Below, one piece after another: positions 9,513 to 23,019 of a DNA stretch of 64,000 nucleotides. Both the position numbers and the translations under genes were made by a program. Under the pieces are notes generated by a model. The model ran no database searches, was not told the origin of the DNA, and was given only the letters and a program-made list of their open reading frames with translations. Source of the stretch: Escherichia phage vB_EcoM_3HA14; the sequence record MN342151.1; one strand, 5' to 3'. Position 1 is the stretch's first letter. Each line of letters begins with the position of its first letter.

Positions 9513-9545
9513 AAAAAAGGCTCCCGTAAAAAGGAGCCTTAGAAT
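9513..9545. terminator. probable bidirectional rho-independent terminator between convergent genes
   Basis: Stem GGCTCC/GGAGCC with short loop; A-run upstream and T-rich downstream gives a T-tract on both strands. Confidence 0.5.
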
Positions 9546-9919
9546 TATTTCTTTTTAGTGCTTTGGGTATTTTGTTCTGTAATTGCTTGCAAAGCTGATA
9601 CAGATTGTGCTAAGTTGTTAACACTGTCAGAGAACTTATCAAGGGTCTTAGTCAACTTAGCGTTTTCTCCCTTAACATTCTCTAGCTGAACTTTCTGGTT
9701 CTCCATCCCTAATTGTAGGAGCTTCATATCAGATTGTAAGTCACGAATAGCTGAATAGTTACCTTTTGAGTAACCATCCAACTGCTGTAACTTATTTGTG
9801 ATAGACACTTCCTGTTTACCATCAGAGACCTGCATTGTAGTGTACATACCAATTACACTGAAAATACCTACAACGATTGCACCAATATTATTCTTAAAAG
9901 CATCTTCAAGCCACTTCAT
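9545..9919 (-). CDS. membrane-anchored coiled-coil protein (124 aa)
   Basis: N-terminal hydrophobic segment IGAIVVGIFSVIGMY followed by heptad-like Q/L/K-rich region. Confidence 0.45.
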   Translation of the reverse strand: MKWLEDAFKNNIGAIVVGIFSVIGMYTTMQVSDGKQEVSITNKLQQLDGYSKGNYSAIRDLQSDMKLLQLGMENQKVQLENVKGENAKLTKTLDKFSDSVNNLAQSVSALQAITEQNTQSTKKK

Positions 9920-10113
9920 TATTTCTCACCTTTAAAAGCCTTTTCCAAGGTATCTACAAATTCATCATCAATAGGTGTATCTGTTTTGCTCGCAAGGTAT
10001 CTTGCAAGCTTAAAGAACACTTTTTCAATCATGTATTCACTGAGAAGAGAAAAAAGAAGCTTCCAAAAGAATGCCCCAAGGTTTTTCATGAGGATTGCTA
10101 GAATGGTTGGCAT
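9919..10113 (-). CDS. small membrane protein (64 aa), holin-like candidate
   Basis: Hydrophobic N-terminal half, charged C-terminus; start overlaps downstream gene. Confidence 0.35.
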   Translation of the reverse strand: MPTILAILMKNLGAFFWKLLFSLLSEYMIEKVFFKLARYLASKTDTPIDDEFVDTLEKAFKGEK

Positions 10114-10199
10114 TTAATCACCTTACTTCTTGAGCCAAGATGGTGAGAATACCTACTAAGAAATATTAACACCATCTTGACAGTTAGTCAACAAGGTAA

Positions 10200-12578
10200 T
10201 TATGCAGTTCTTACCCAAGCCATTAATTTAATGTAAGTGTTCTGAACACTGAATGCTGCACCAGAACCAGTTGCACCAGTGTTACCACTAAATGTGTGGT
10301 TGTGAGCACCAATACCTACACCGTGACCGTGAGCACCTACCCAACTTGTTCTCCCTGTCCAAGTTCTTGATGCGTAGAAGTTGACAGGTGTACCATAAGT
10401 GAATTGTGAACCAGTATAACCTCTAGAGGCTTGTGAACCTGAGATAGCGAATGCCCCACTTGCTGTATAGAAGCTGTTTGCATCACTTCTGAAGAAACCA
10501 AAGTCACCAGAGATTTCCATGTTACCTCTGTCATGGTCGTGAGCACCTTGAGCGTCTGTGTACTTAGTACCATAATCAAATGTACTTGTTGTTCCAGAGA
10601 AGCTATGAGTGTGCGCAGGAATATGACCAACACTTAGAGCCACCGTATCAGAACCACCAAGACCTTTCACATCGGAACCATTTGCAGAACCAATCCTAAT
10701 AGTTCTGTTTGCACCTTCTGTCAAGTAAGTCCAAGTAGTGCCTGGGAAAGCTGTATTTGGGTTGACATTAGAAGCAAAGAACGTCACAATACCAACTGGA
10801 TACACTTTCTTAAGGTCTGTAGAATCAGTTACCGCAGAGGCAATACGTTGGTCTACTTCAGCCTTGGTGTAAGCACCAAGTTCAGAGGGTGTAGGTTTGT
10901 CTTGGTCTGTGTAGATTTTAGCCCAAACCTCTTCAAAACCAAATCCATCCCTTGCTGTTCTATAATAGATTCCAGTATTCTTGTAGTTAAATTTAAACTG
11001 TGCAGTCGGTGTAGATGTACCAACTCCAAGGTGCATTTGGTAAACTAAGTGAGTAGACCCACCAGTTGAATTTGTAACACTGTACAAACCTGTTTTTGAA
11101 TTCCAAGCAATACCTGTTGCATCACCTACTTCTGTTCCCGTTCCAGATACACCAGACAACATATATCTTGAGTTTGCAGCAGATTGTGTGTAGTATCTTG
11201 AGTCAAAGTTTGACCAATCTGTAGGCTGAACCTGACCAGTTACTGATACGCTTCTGTTGAACATGAAAGTGTCAGCAATTTCTAACTGTACACCACCACT
11301 TGAATAGTTGTACAGGAACAGAGAATTTGGCCTACTGCCTTCACCGTTACCAATATACCAACGTCTGTTGCCGTCTGCATTAGCGCCAACAATATACAGT
11401 GATGAATTAGCTGTCCCACTTTGCAATGTGAAAGCCGCATCTGTAGTAACAATAGTTTGTGGGTTAGTAAAAACGTTTGCAGCATTAGTTCTTGCAAGCA
11501 CGTTCGTTAAAGAGCTTGGAACATATCTTGTATCAAAGTTTGCGAAGTCACTTGGTTTTACCTGACCAGATACATTAATAGCTTTGTTAAATGAAAACTC
11601 TGTAGCAATTTTCAAGTTAACATTTGTCATCTGGTTTGCTAAAACAATCTCAGACTGCGTACCATCTGGTTGACCCACATACCAAGCACCTGTCCCAGCA
11701 CTGTTGTAACCACGCATAAATAATGCAGCATTCTCTGAAGCCGCTCTTAAGTTAAGTGCATTACTATCTGCAATAACATAAGTCTTCCCGTTGAAGTTGT
11801 TAACCCCAACAAAGTTATTACTTGCATTAAGTCTTGCAAATCTCTGGTCAGCAGCAGTCTGTGTAAAGAATCTTGCATCAAGGTTGTTCCAGTTATTAGG
11901 CTGAACCTGACCATTGATTTCAAAGTTCTTGTCAACACTAACAGAGTTTGTACCAAGAGTCAACGTAGCACCTTTGCTGTTAACTAATGTAACATCAGTC
12001 CCAGAAGTCAAGTTACCAACTGTGAATCTCAAAGCATTATTTGAGTCTCTTGCTTCAATATATGCTCCACCATCTGGTAAGATACTTTTAAGTGTCAAAC
12101 CAACACCGTTGATATTAATGATTTGTCTTGCCAAGAAAGTATTTTCAGTTTCCTTCATAGCATATCTTGCATCATTTTCAGTGTTAGTTCTCATACCTAA
12201 TTCATTAGGAGATGGTTTATTAAGTGTGTGATAAACTGTTGCAGACCTTGTGGCATCATTTACAGTTAATCTTAAAGCACTTGCATTAATTCTAAAGGTC
12301 TTGGCAGTGTCACCGAGAATAACTTCAGAAGAACCTGTTGGGTCTAATAAGTCTTTTCCACCGTATCTTAATTTAACGATGCCAAGATTTCCTGTCATAT
12401 CCCCACCAGTTAGTTGTAAGAATCTTTCTAGTTTGAAAGAGGCAAGGAAATTTGCATAGGTCATTTTACGGTCTTCATCACCTAGCATATCAGACCTTTT
12501 GATAATTCTTAGGTGAAGTAAATCTTCTGAGCGAACTGTATCAATACTGTTTAGCTCACTTAGCTTATATTCAGCCAT
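10200..12578 (-). CDS. tail fiber protein (792 aa)
   Basis: Large S/T/N/G-rich protein with repetitive N-rich segments and C-terminal His-x-His boxes (HIPAHTHSF, HDHD, HGHGVGIGAHNHTF); first gene of the tail module. Confidence 0.7.
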   Translation of the reverse strand: MAEYKLSELNSIDTVRSEDLLHLRIIKRSDMLGDEDRKMTYANFLASFKLERFLQLTGGDMTGNLGIVKLRYGGKDLLDPTGSSEVILGDTAKTFRINASALRLTVNDATRSATVYHTLNKPSPNELGMRTNTENDARYAMKETENTFLARQIININGVGLTLKSILPDGGAYIEARDSNNALRFTVGNLTSGTDVTLVNSKGATLTLGTNSVSVDKNFEINGQVQPNNWNNLDARFFTQTAADQRFARLNASNNFVGVNNFNGKTYVIADSNALNLRAASENAALFMRGYNSAGTGAWYVGQPDGTQSEIVLANQMTNVNLKIATEFSFNKAINVSGQVKPSDFANFDTRYVPSSLTNVLARTNAANVFTNPQTIVTTDAAFTLQSGTANSSLYIVGANADGNRRWYIGNGEGSRPNSLFLYNYSSGGVQLEIADTFMFNRSVSVTGQVQPTDWSNFDSRYYTQSAANSRYMLSGVSGTGTEVGDATGIAWNSKTGLYSVTNSTGGSTHLVYQMHLGVGTSTPTAQFKFNYKNTGIYYRTARDGFGFEEVWAKIYTDQDKPTPSELGAYTKAEVDQRIASAVTDSTDLKKVYPVGIVTFFASNVNPNTAFPGTTWTYLTEGANRTIRIGSANGSDVKGLGGSDTVALSVGHIPAHTHSFSGTTSTFDYGTKYTDAQGAHDHDRGNMEISGDFGFFRSDANSFYTASGAFAISGSQASRGYTGSQFTYGTPVNFYASRTWTGRTSWVGAHGHGVGIGAHNHTFSGNTGATGSGAAFSVQNTYIKLMAWVRTA

Positions 12579-12623
12579 TTATAAATCCTCTTTCTAGGGG
12601 CTGTGTAGCCCCTTATAAAATAA

Positions 12624-13799
12624 TTACGCAGTTCTCTTCCAAACATATACAACATAAGAAGGTTGCTCAATATTAAATGCTTGTCCAGCACCAAATGCAC
12701 CAGTTGTACCTGAGTGAGTGTGCTCAGAAGATTGAACTGTCACAGTACCTGAGTGTCCATGTGAACCAATTGCAACACTGTGTCCATGTGCTCCGATATA
12801 CACACTGTGAGAGTGGTTACCACCAACTGAAGAATTAACGTTGAAGGTATGTGTGTGAACCCCATCAAAGTCTGTATATGACGCATTACCAACACCTGCA
12901 TCAGCCGTTGCCGTAATAGCATTCACACCACCCCTGTCAGAACCCCTCAATGGAATCCTGTGGCTGTGACTACCAGCACTGCTTACAGAACCATTAACGT
13001 TATGAGCGTGGCTTCCAGAGTCGTTTGTGGCCTTAGAACCATAATCAAAACTTGATGTGCTCTTAGTCCCATAGTCAAAGTTAGAAATTACTACTGTTGC
13101 ATTGTGGGAGTGTCCACCACCAGTTAGTAATACAGAGTGTGTGTGACTTGGAATGTTATTTTGTGTAAGTGTTACAGTAGCAGAACCAAATACTGATTCT
13201 ACAGGTCTTGTATCTGTGTCATAACCGACAAGAGACCTTCCTTTAGAAACTAACTCCCAAGTACCACCACAAAGTAAATATGTAGATGGGTTTGCAGGGT
13301 TAACTGACAAATGAATAGTACCGATTGGATAGCTATTCTGGATAGCTCTATATAAAGCATTCACAGCTTTTGCAGTAGCATACTTATCAGCGTCTTCAGA
13401 GTAAGAGTTTGAATATGTCCAGTTTTGAATATTAGACAAACCTACTTGAATCTTGTTAGTGTTGTGAGGGTTATTCTTGTCATTAATGTGATTCTGAATA
13501 AGGGCATTAACTTCATCACTTGATAGAATATTAAGGTTCTGTCTAGCCTCTTCAACACTAACCACGTCTGACAAGTTATTAGCAGCCACTAATTGGAGCG
13601 CGTTAATAACATTACCAAGTTCTACGTGAACCTTTGTAACACCGTGTGGGTTATTTCTCAAAGATGCGTGTGGAGCAAGTAATTGCTCAAGTGTGCATCG
13701 TTTATCCTCAATACCTTGCTTAAGGTGAAAGATATCACTTAAATCAATAGGCAACGAGGCTTGAGGCAATGCACTAATTTGAATTTCACCTACTGGCAT
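12624..13799 (-). CDS. tail fiber protein 2 (391 aa)
   Basis: C-terminal third is dominated by repeated HxH boxes (HTHSV, HSHNA, HAHNV, HSHR, HTHTF, HSHSV, HGHSV, HGHSG, HTHSG); adjacent to the long fiber gene. Confidence 0.7.
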   Translation of the reverse strand: MPVGEIQISALPQASLPIDLSDIFHLKQGIEDKRCTLEQLLAPHASLRNNPHGVTKVHVELGNVINALQLVAANNLSDVVSVEEARQNLNILSSDEVNALIQNHINDKNNPHNTNKIQVGLSNIQNWTYSNSYSEDADKYATAKAVNALYRAIQNSYPIGTIHLSVNPANPSTYLLCGGTWELVSKGRSLVGYDTDTRPVESVFGSATVTLTQNNIPSHTHSVLLTGGGHSHNATVVISNFDYGTKSTSSFDYGSKATNDSGSHAHNVNGSVSSAGSHSHRIPLRGSDRGGVNAITATADAGVGNASYTDFDGVHTHTFNVNSSVGGNHSHSVYIGAHGHSVAIGSHGHSGTVTVQSSEHTHSGTTGAFGAGQAFNIEQPSYVVYVWKRTA

Positions 13800-13801
13800 T
13801 A

Positions 13802-14101
13802 TTAGCTCCCTTTATATTCGTATGTGTAAAGGTTAGTCGTGCTAGTGGGTGCAGTTCCTGTTACTGTGTCAATTAATTCCCAACCATTGGAAACTAAATC
13901 AGGTTGCTCCGTAGCAAATGAACGAACCTCTCCAACCGTACCATTTACTTTGTTAAGCAAATAGTTGATAATATAGTTAAACCACTGACGACCCATAGGT
14001 TCACCCCTTAATAGGCCAGTGGCTTGAATTTCTGGAGGTGGTAAAACTTTAAGCTGGTTACCATCAGCATCAACTGTATCTGTAGACCATGAAAGAGACA
14101 T
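13802..14101 (-). CDS. hypothetical tail protein (99 aa)
   Basis: Small ORF between baseplate and fiber genes. Confidence 0.4.
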   Translation of the reverse strand: MSLSWSTDTVDADGNQLKVLPPPEIQATGLLRGEPMGRQWFNYIINYLLNKVNGTVGEVRSFATEQPDLVSNGWELIDTVTGTAPTSTTNLYTYEYKGS

Positions 14102-14997
14102 TATGAACTTCCTTCTTGTTGAGATTTATCTTTTCTGCCTTTGACGATTTGGGCGACTTCTGCCATAATCCCATAATCACCACCTGCTACTGTTTCTTTA
14201 CCAGCAATGAAATAGTCGTTGCTATTGTTTGTTTTGCTGACTTTCAAATAATCTTTACTGGTACTTCCACCAGTTTTATCCACTCTTACATAACCATCTC
14301 TTACACCTGCATCTGCAAAACTACCTAATTTATTTGCTTCTAGAGAGCCACCTGTGTTGTTCGTAATAAGACCCTTGTTAGTGTTTGTTACAAACCAGTT
14401 ATTGTTCTCATCAGTAATTGCCAGAGATGAATCAGCAACCTCTACAGGAGTCCAAGCAGTACCATTTAAGGTAACATCTCTAAGGATAACTGCTGAACCA
14501 ATAGTTGTTGCAGCAATCTTAGAAAGTGTGTATGCTGTATCTAACACGTTATTACGAGTGTTTACACGGATAACAATTCCACCAGTCATTGGCGTAATGT
14601 GCTCAAAAATCTGGCTGAATGATGCGTTGTAAAGAGTCATAACAGCTCTTTGTAAGAAGCTTGGTGTGGTGTCAGAACGTCTTAAGAAAATTTGAATGTA
14701 GAGGATAGCTCTGTAAGTGTCATCATCAGCACCAATAGGTCTAGGGACTTTAATCAAAGCCCCGATGTTATCAAGTTGTGTGCCAACACCTACACGAATA
14801 TTTCTTTCAGTATATAACTGATTACTGATATCCTCTAATAATTGTAACTCATCTGTGATAGATTTCAATAGACTTGTGTAAATAAACTTATCTTTGAATT
14901 GAGTTACAGTTCTTTCGTCCAATGTTTTCTCATAAAAGTTTTCAATCTTTTTAAACATTGTTACTCCTTGGTAATTGTATACTGTGAGCTTTCCCAA
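14101..14997 (-). CDS. putative baseplate protein (298 aa)
   Basis: Position in baseplate block next to fiber genes. Confidence 0.4.
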   Translation of the reverse strand: MGKLTVYNYQGVTMFKKIENFYEKTLDERTVTQFKDKFIYTSLLKSITDELQLLEDISNQLYTERNIRVGVGTQLDNIGALIKVPRPIGADDDTYRAILYIQIFLRRSDTTPSFLQRAVMTLYNASFSQIFEHITPMTGGIVIRVNTRNNVLDTAYTLSKIAATTIGSAVILRDVTLNGTAWTPVEVADSSLAITDENNNWFVTNTNKGLITNNTGGSLEANKLGSFADAGVRDGYVRVDKTGGSTSKDYLKVSKTNNSNDYFIAGKETVAGGDYGIMAEVAQIVKGRKDKSQQEGSS

Positions 14998-16430
14998 ACA
15001 GTGTACTGGTCACCATCAATAGTGATTCTTGAAGTTGTGTACTGCCCCTCAGCAGGTGGAATTGCTTGGTTATTTGAAAGTGCAACCTTAATCTCATTAA
15101 TCTCGATACCTTGAATCACATCATAGATATGTCCATAGATTCTGTTAGGGATTACATCGTTACCAACTTTCAAAGTTCTACCGTAGGCATTAATACCTTG
15201 AACAATTCTGTCATGAATATCCTGTTCAGGGATGTTAAGAGTTTCTTCATCGTAAAGAGAGTAAGTAACCTTGACAAAAACGTATTTAGGCATTGGTCTA
15301 CTAAAGTAAACGTCGTGAGGGAGAGAACCTAAGTCATATGCAGTCCCAAAGATTGAACCATATGGGCGAATACCAGCAGGTTTCGTGTCCCAGATTGCCT
15401 GTGCAATATTATCATTCTGACCACCAACTACAACAATCTTAAAAGACTTCGGAGGAAGACCATCAGAGTTTGTTGTCTCAGTATCATTTTCTACACCAGA
15501 AGCATCAGACACACCTTGAACTCTCTTGACAGCAGCTACAATAGCATCTAGAGTACCTACACCAGTAACAGCCAAAGATTCTAAGTAACGCTGTCTCAGT
15601 TCTGTGTCAGTTTCCTCATCACGACCTGTTGTCAAGTCATATCTGTTGAAAACACTATCGAGACCATCTACAGTTGTTTCAATCTCAATCAAGGTTCCTG
15701 CCAGAGTCTGGATGGCTCCAGTTTCATCTGCTACAACGTCACTAATTGAAGTAATCTTTGTAAATGTTAAGAATGTCGTTGCGGTAACAACCATAGGGTT
15801 AGTTCTGGCAATGATATCTCCAGTGTCTTTATAGATTCTCAGAACTGAACCATCATTAGTAACTTCAGCCTTTGCAATAATACCACCATTAATAGCATCT
15901 GCAAGTTTCTGTAGCAATGTTGTAATGGTATCAGAACTAGTCGGCTGATATGAATACTCAATGTTGTCAATGATAATAACATAGTTTGCATCTGTTCGTA
16001 AAGAGTTAACTTCTAAGTTTGCCTCTACACAGTAAGATGGAGTCAGTGTGAAAGTTGACACAGGGTAAAAGATATTACCTGCTGTGCTTCTTAATCTTGT
16101 AGTGGCTGGTACAGGAGCACCAGAATTACCAGTGAACTCAGCTTGGCCTCTTGTAGCCTGTGCCACATATCTGTATACAGCATTCAAAGCTGTTACATCA
16201 TCTAAACTGAATCCTTCAGCTTTGTCAATAGTACCACCATCATAGATTTCTGACAAGATTTCATGAACGTCTGCAAGACCTCGGCAAACAGAAGCTAAGA
16301 ATAACCCAAGTTCGCTATCTTCAGAAACATCAAGGTTTGGTGAGATATCTCTATACAGACTTGCTTTAACATCATCCAAGATTTCTTGATATCTTTTTGT
16401 TTGTAAACCTGTAGTTGTTAATCCAGCCAT
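14961..16430 (-). CDS. putative baseplate wedge protein (J/gp6-like, 489 aa)
   Basis: Size and position downstream of a gp25/W-sized gene, as in P2/T4-type baseplate modules; inferred from synteny. Confidence 0.45.
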   Translation of the reverse strand: MAGLTTTGLQTKRYQEILDDVKASLYRDISPNLDVSEDSELGLFLASVCRGLADVHEILSEIYDGGTIDKAEGFSLDDVTALNAVYRYVAQATRGQAEFTGNSGAPVPATTRLRSTAGNIFYPVSTFTLTPSYCVEANLEVNSLRTDANYVIIIDNIEYSYQPTSSDTITTLLQKLADAINGGIIAKAEVTNDGSVLRIYKDTGDIIARTNPMVVTATTFLTFTKITSISDVVADETGAIQTLAGTLIEIETTVDGLDSVFNRYDLTTGRDEETDTELRQRYLESLAVTGVGTLDAIVAAVKRVQGVSDASGVENDTETTNSDGLPPKSFKIVVVGGQNDNIAQAIWDTKPAGIRPYGSIFGTAYDLGSLPHDVYFSRPMPKYVFVKVTYSLYDEETLNIPEQDIHDRIVQGINAYGRTLKVGNDVIPNRIYGHIYDVIQGIEINEIKVALSNNQAIPPAEGQYTTSRITIDGDQYTVWESSQYTITKE

Positions 16431-16845
16431 TAAATGTTTACCTCTGTATTAATTTCAACATCGTCAGCAGTTGTCGTTGCATTAAATCTTACTGACACTT
16501 TTCTCATTGCATTATCCATTGTTGAAGAGTAGTTGTAGATGTTTGTTACATCTCTCGTTTCAACAAGGTAACCTTTCATATAATTATCAAAAATAGAGGT
16601 CTTCTGCTTGAACTTAGCAAGCTGTAAATAAGGGAATCCAGCAGATGTATTAAAGAATACCTCTCCAGCCCTTAGAAGACACCTAATATGTAATCTTTGA
16701 GCTACCTGAGTAGCTTTATCGTCTTCTGGGATAATTCTAATCTGATTACCCGTAATTTTTAAATCTCCGTGAGCAACGTATACAGAATCATTTCCTAATT
16801 TAGCTACGTAGTCACCACCAAGATTGATTGCAAAATCTGTTTTCA

Positions 16846-16846
<1 letters not shown>
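16430..16846 (-). CDS. putative baseplate wedge protein (W/gp25-like, 138 aa)
   Basis: Size and synteny between spike-like and J-like genes. Confidence 0.45.
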
Positions 16847-19607
<2,761 letters not shown>

Positions 19608-19608
<1 letters not shown>

Positions 19609-21845
19609 TATTCATCCTCTGGGTAGCTAGAGTTTAACAGAATATCTTCCTGACTCTTATCAGTGATATCCACCATCTTAGTAGCAATCTGCTTACCATC
19701 CAGATTAAAGGAAACGTTAAGCGTCTGCTTAGTTTGCAATGGTAGTCCAGAAGGAGTCATCATCATAGGTGTCTGGTTAAACTTGTTTGCAAAGTTATTT
19801 AGAGACTCAGACAGGTTGTTCATGATAATATCCCAATTTGACAAACCATTATCAACTCTCTGAATATTTCCAGAAGTGTCTGTGGTATATTGTGCAAACT
19901 GAAGTTGTCCATTCTGGTCAAAGAACATTGGACGTTTTGGATTAGTGATTCCTGAGATAGCTTCATTGAAAGGATTAGGTGTGTTAACCTCGTTAAATCT
20001 CTTTCCAGCATTCTTGTCAACTGAACCAGATAACATTAATGCAGAACCACCTACACCAAGAGCCATTCTGGTTGCTGATACACCAGCCGTTGTAGCTGCT
20101 GTTTCTGCTGCTGTAGTTAATCCAAACTTCTGTGCAATCTTAGCTAAGATACCTTCTTCAAAGATACTCTTGACAAATGCTACAGTACCACCAAAGATTT
20201 TAGCGACTTTTGTAATAGCTGCAATTGAGACACCAATAGCGGTGAACGTAGCAACTAACTCAGCAGAATCCTTGATTAGTTTCTGTTGACTAGCATCTAA
20301 TTCCTTGAAATAGCCCATTGAGGTATAGTACAATGAAGAAATGCGGTACATGATATCTGTCACGAAGTCTAGAAGGTTACTAGCACCTTTTAAAAGGTAA
20401 CCAATACCTGTACCAAGTGCTTCAGATGTACCAAGGGAACCTTGCAAGAACATTGCAACTGAGTTAGAGAGTTGTGAAATACCTTCGCTAGAGTTGTTAA
20501 ACAAAGCTACAAGGGTGTTATCCCACATTGCCTTTGCTTGACCCATAGAGGTAGCTGTCTGCTTAGAAACTGCATTCATACCACCTGCTGCTTCAACAAG
20601 CTCTCTCATTTTTTCTGAGACTTTTGGTAGAACGTCTTTTGCAAGAAGCTGACCATCTTTCATCATCTTGTCAAGTTCTTGTGGAGTTTTACCAATAGCA
20701 TCAGAGAATAACTGAACAGCACCTGCCAAACGGTCACCTAACTGTCCACGAAGTTCTTCAGCCTGAATCTTACCTTTAGATGCCATTTGCTGGAAAGCAA
20801 CCATGATACCTTTCAAGTCTTCATCAGAAGCACCACGGATACGTGAGAACATAGCAGCATTCTTATAGAACTCTTGAGTCCCTTTAAAACCTAACTCTGG
20901 TTGAGCACCAGCAGCGAAGTTTGAGTACTGCTTCATAGTGTCTGTGTAGTTCTGACCAATCTGGTGAGAGAACGTAGCAGCGAACATTCTAGCTTGCTGT
21001 GTATCCCCTCCAAAGATAGCTGTTGAGGCTAACTGTGCAGACTGTCTCTTTACACCTGCATCAATAGTCTTCTGAGCTAATTCCAACATAGCATACGCTG
21101 AAACAAAACCACCTACAAGCTGTCTTAGTGAAGAGTTTGCTCTGTCTTGTAACCAAGCTGACTCTCTGACTGCCTTAAGTCTAGCATTTTCTGCAATAAC
21201 CCAACGTTTGGTAGTGTCAATGAGTTTCTTAACTTCCATTTCATACTCACCGACTTTACCACTACCTTTGTACTTATTATAGATTCCTTGTAAGCTTCCT
21301 CTGAAGGAAGTAGCCATTTGGTTACCTTGTCCACCAATTGTTTCAAGACGACGAGTCAAACCAGAATAGAAGTTGTTATTAAACATTCTTTCCATTTGTC
21401 TTTGAGCAATATCAGGTCTAACTCTAGGTGAACCACCACCCCCAACCGGAGGGATAGTGTTACCACGGCCTCTACCAACTCCACCACGAACATTGACTTT
21501 ACCTTCAACATTCATAGCTTGTCTTAGAGCCTTATTAATTTCTTTGGCTGTTTTCTTACCCTGTGTTTCTAATCTACGAAGTGATTTTACACCTTGTGAA
21601 TCTAAATTCATAGCATTGTTTAGGGATTTATTGATTCTGCCTGAAGCAGTCTGAGCGTTTTTTACAAGTCTGTTTAGAGCGTCTTGTGAACTTCTATTAG
21701 GCTTCACATCAAAGGCTTTATTGATATTGCGTTCGATACGTTGAGCAGACTGCATAGCCATTTTCTCAACTCTTTGCAAACCCTTAACAACCTTTTCACT
21801 GAATCCAAGTTCAACAATAAAACTATCAACTGTATATTGTGCCAT
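19608..21845 (-). CDS. tail tape measure protein (745 aa)
   Basis: Long helical A/Q/K-rich protein with Gly-rich segment, directly after the chaperone pair. Confidence 0.7.
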
Positions 21846-22072
21846 TAAATTTTACCTGCTTTTCTGAGTTCGTTGTAAGCCATTTCTTCTTTATATGACT
21901 TCTGGATTTCTAAATACTGACGTAGAGATAATAAATCAACGAAGGTCATATCAAAAAGTTGGTTGAGTGTTTCTTTACACCCATCCATACCATAAATAGC
22001 AAGCACAAATTTCATCTCATCTGCTTCATCATAAGTTGCCTTTACAGCCCCGTCAGTCAGCGGGGTCTGCAT
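21845..22072 (-). CDS. tail assembly chaperone, frameshift-extension (T) segment
   Basis: Lies in the -1 frame relative to the upstream 133-aa ORF; that frame stays open back to a TTTTTTC heptamer inside the upstream ORF. Confidence 0.5.
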   Translation of the reverse strand: MQTPLTDGAVKATYDEADEMKFVLAIYGMDGCKETLNQLFDMTFVDLLSLRQYLEIQKSYKEEMAYNELRKAGKI

Positions 22073-22080
22073 AGAATAAC

Positions 22081-22482
22081 TTAAGCTTCCTGCTGAGAAG
22101 TTAGGCTTTTGAAAATGCTTGCCTCGAAAAAACTTCCGAAGTTTGCCTCCAAAGCAAAAGCTAAGAAGTCAATAAATTCACCGTAGTTCGCTTGGAAGTA
22201 ACTATCAATTTTCAGTGGGAAGTCATTAACTGTTGCCCCCTGAAATAGTGTCTCTGCCATTGCATCAATATCTAGTTCATCAACCTTTTCAAAGCAAGCT
22301 TCAACGAGTTCTTTAAATGGGATTTTAGCTTCCCCATCTTTAGAGGTTAAACCAGAGAACATCTGTGCAAATGCTGGTACAACTGCTTTACCAAGTTTCA
22401 TAGAGATACGAATACCATCTCTTGCTCCAAGAAGAATAATAGTTACCTTCTTGCCGTTAATCATTTTAGTTTCAGTCTTCAT
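22081..22482 (-). CDS. tail assembly chaperone (G-like, 133 aa)
   Basis: Sits between tube and tape measure; contains slippery TTTTTTC heptamer 45 nt before its stop. Confidence 0.55.
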   Translation of the reverse strand: MKTETKMINGKKVTIILLGARDGIRISMKLGKAVVPAFAQMFSGLTSKDGEAKIPFKELVEACFEKVDELDIDAMAETLFQGATVNDFPLKIDSYFQANYGEFIDFLAFALEANFGSFFEASIFKSLTSQQEA

Positions 22483-22512
22483 TGTGATTCCTTAAAAGTT
22501 ATGCTATAAAAA

Positions 22513-22547
22513 CACAAAAGGGGAAGACCTTTTACAGTCTCCCCCTT
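22513..22547 (-). terminator. rho-independent terminator (attenuator candidate) after tail tube gene
   Basis: On - strand: GGGGAGAC ... GTCTTCCCC stem followed by TTTTGTGTT. Confidence 0.5.
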
Positions 22548-22558
22548 ATTAGGATTTG

Positions 22559-23005
22559 TTAAACGCTTGACGCAGGGATTGTTGAAGTGTAGTCTAACTT
22601 CTCACAACCGAAAATCCAAGTTTTCGAGTTCTGGTCACGACCTAATTCAATCTGTGGAAGCTCTTGCAACCAAGCATTAATACCTGTTGCCAGAACTGAA
22701 CCAGATGGGTCGTAAATTACAAAGTTAGATGAGATATCTTCTTCAAGTTCCATGTCATCTTGTTTAGCTTGAATTGCAGAAAGCATCTGGTTTGATAGAG
22801 AAGTCTGCATTAGCTCAATCTCAATCGTACCTGTCTTGTCTGCATTTCTTGTCAGAGCTACTTGACCACCTGCACCTACAACTGGCGTAACAAGTGGAGA
22901 AGTTCTCTGAAGACGCAAGAATGAGTCTGGTGCAAAACCTTCAATGGCAATGCCATTCCAGCTACAAACTACATCTTTAGGGGAATATTGCTGATACATA
23001 GCCAT
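22559..23005 (-). CDS. tail tube protein (148 aa)
   Basis: Small ORF immediately downstream of sheath-sized gene, followed by a terminator and the chaperone pair. Confidence 0.55.
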   Translation of the reverse strand: MAMYQQYSPKDVVCSWNGIAIEGFAPDSFLRLQRTSPLVTPVVGAGGQVALTRNADKTGTIEIELMQTSLSNQMLSAIQAKQDDMELEEDISSNFVIYDPSGSVLATGINAWLQELPQIELGRDQNSKTWIFGCEKLDYTSTIPASSV

Positions 23006-23019
23006 TCCTAATTACTCCT

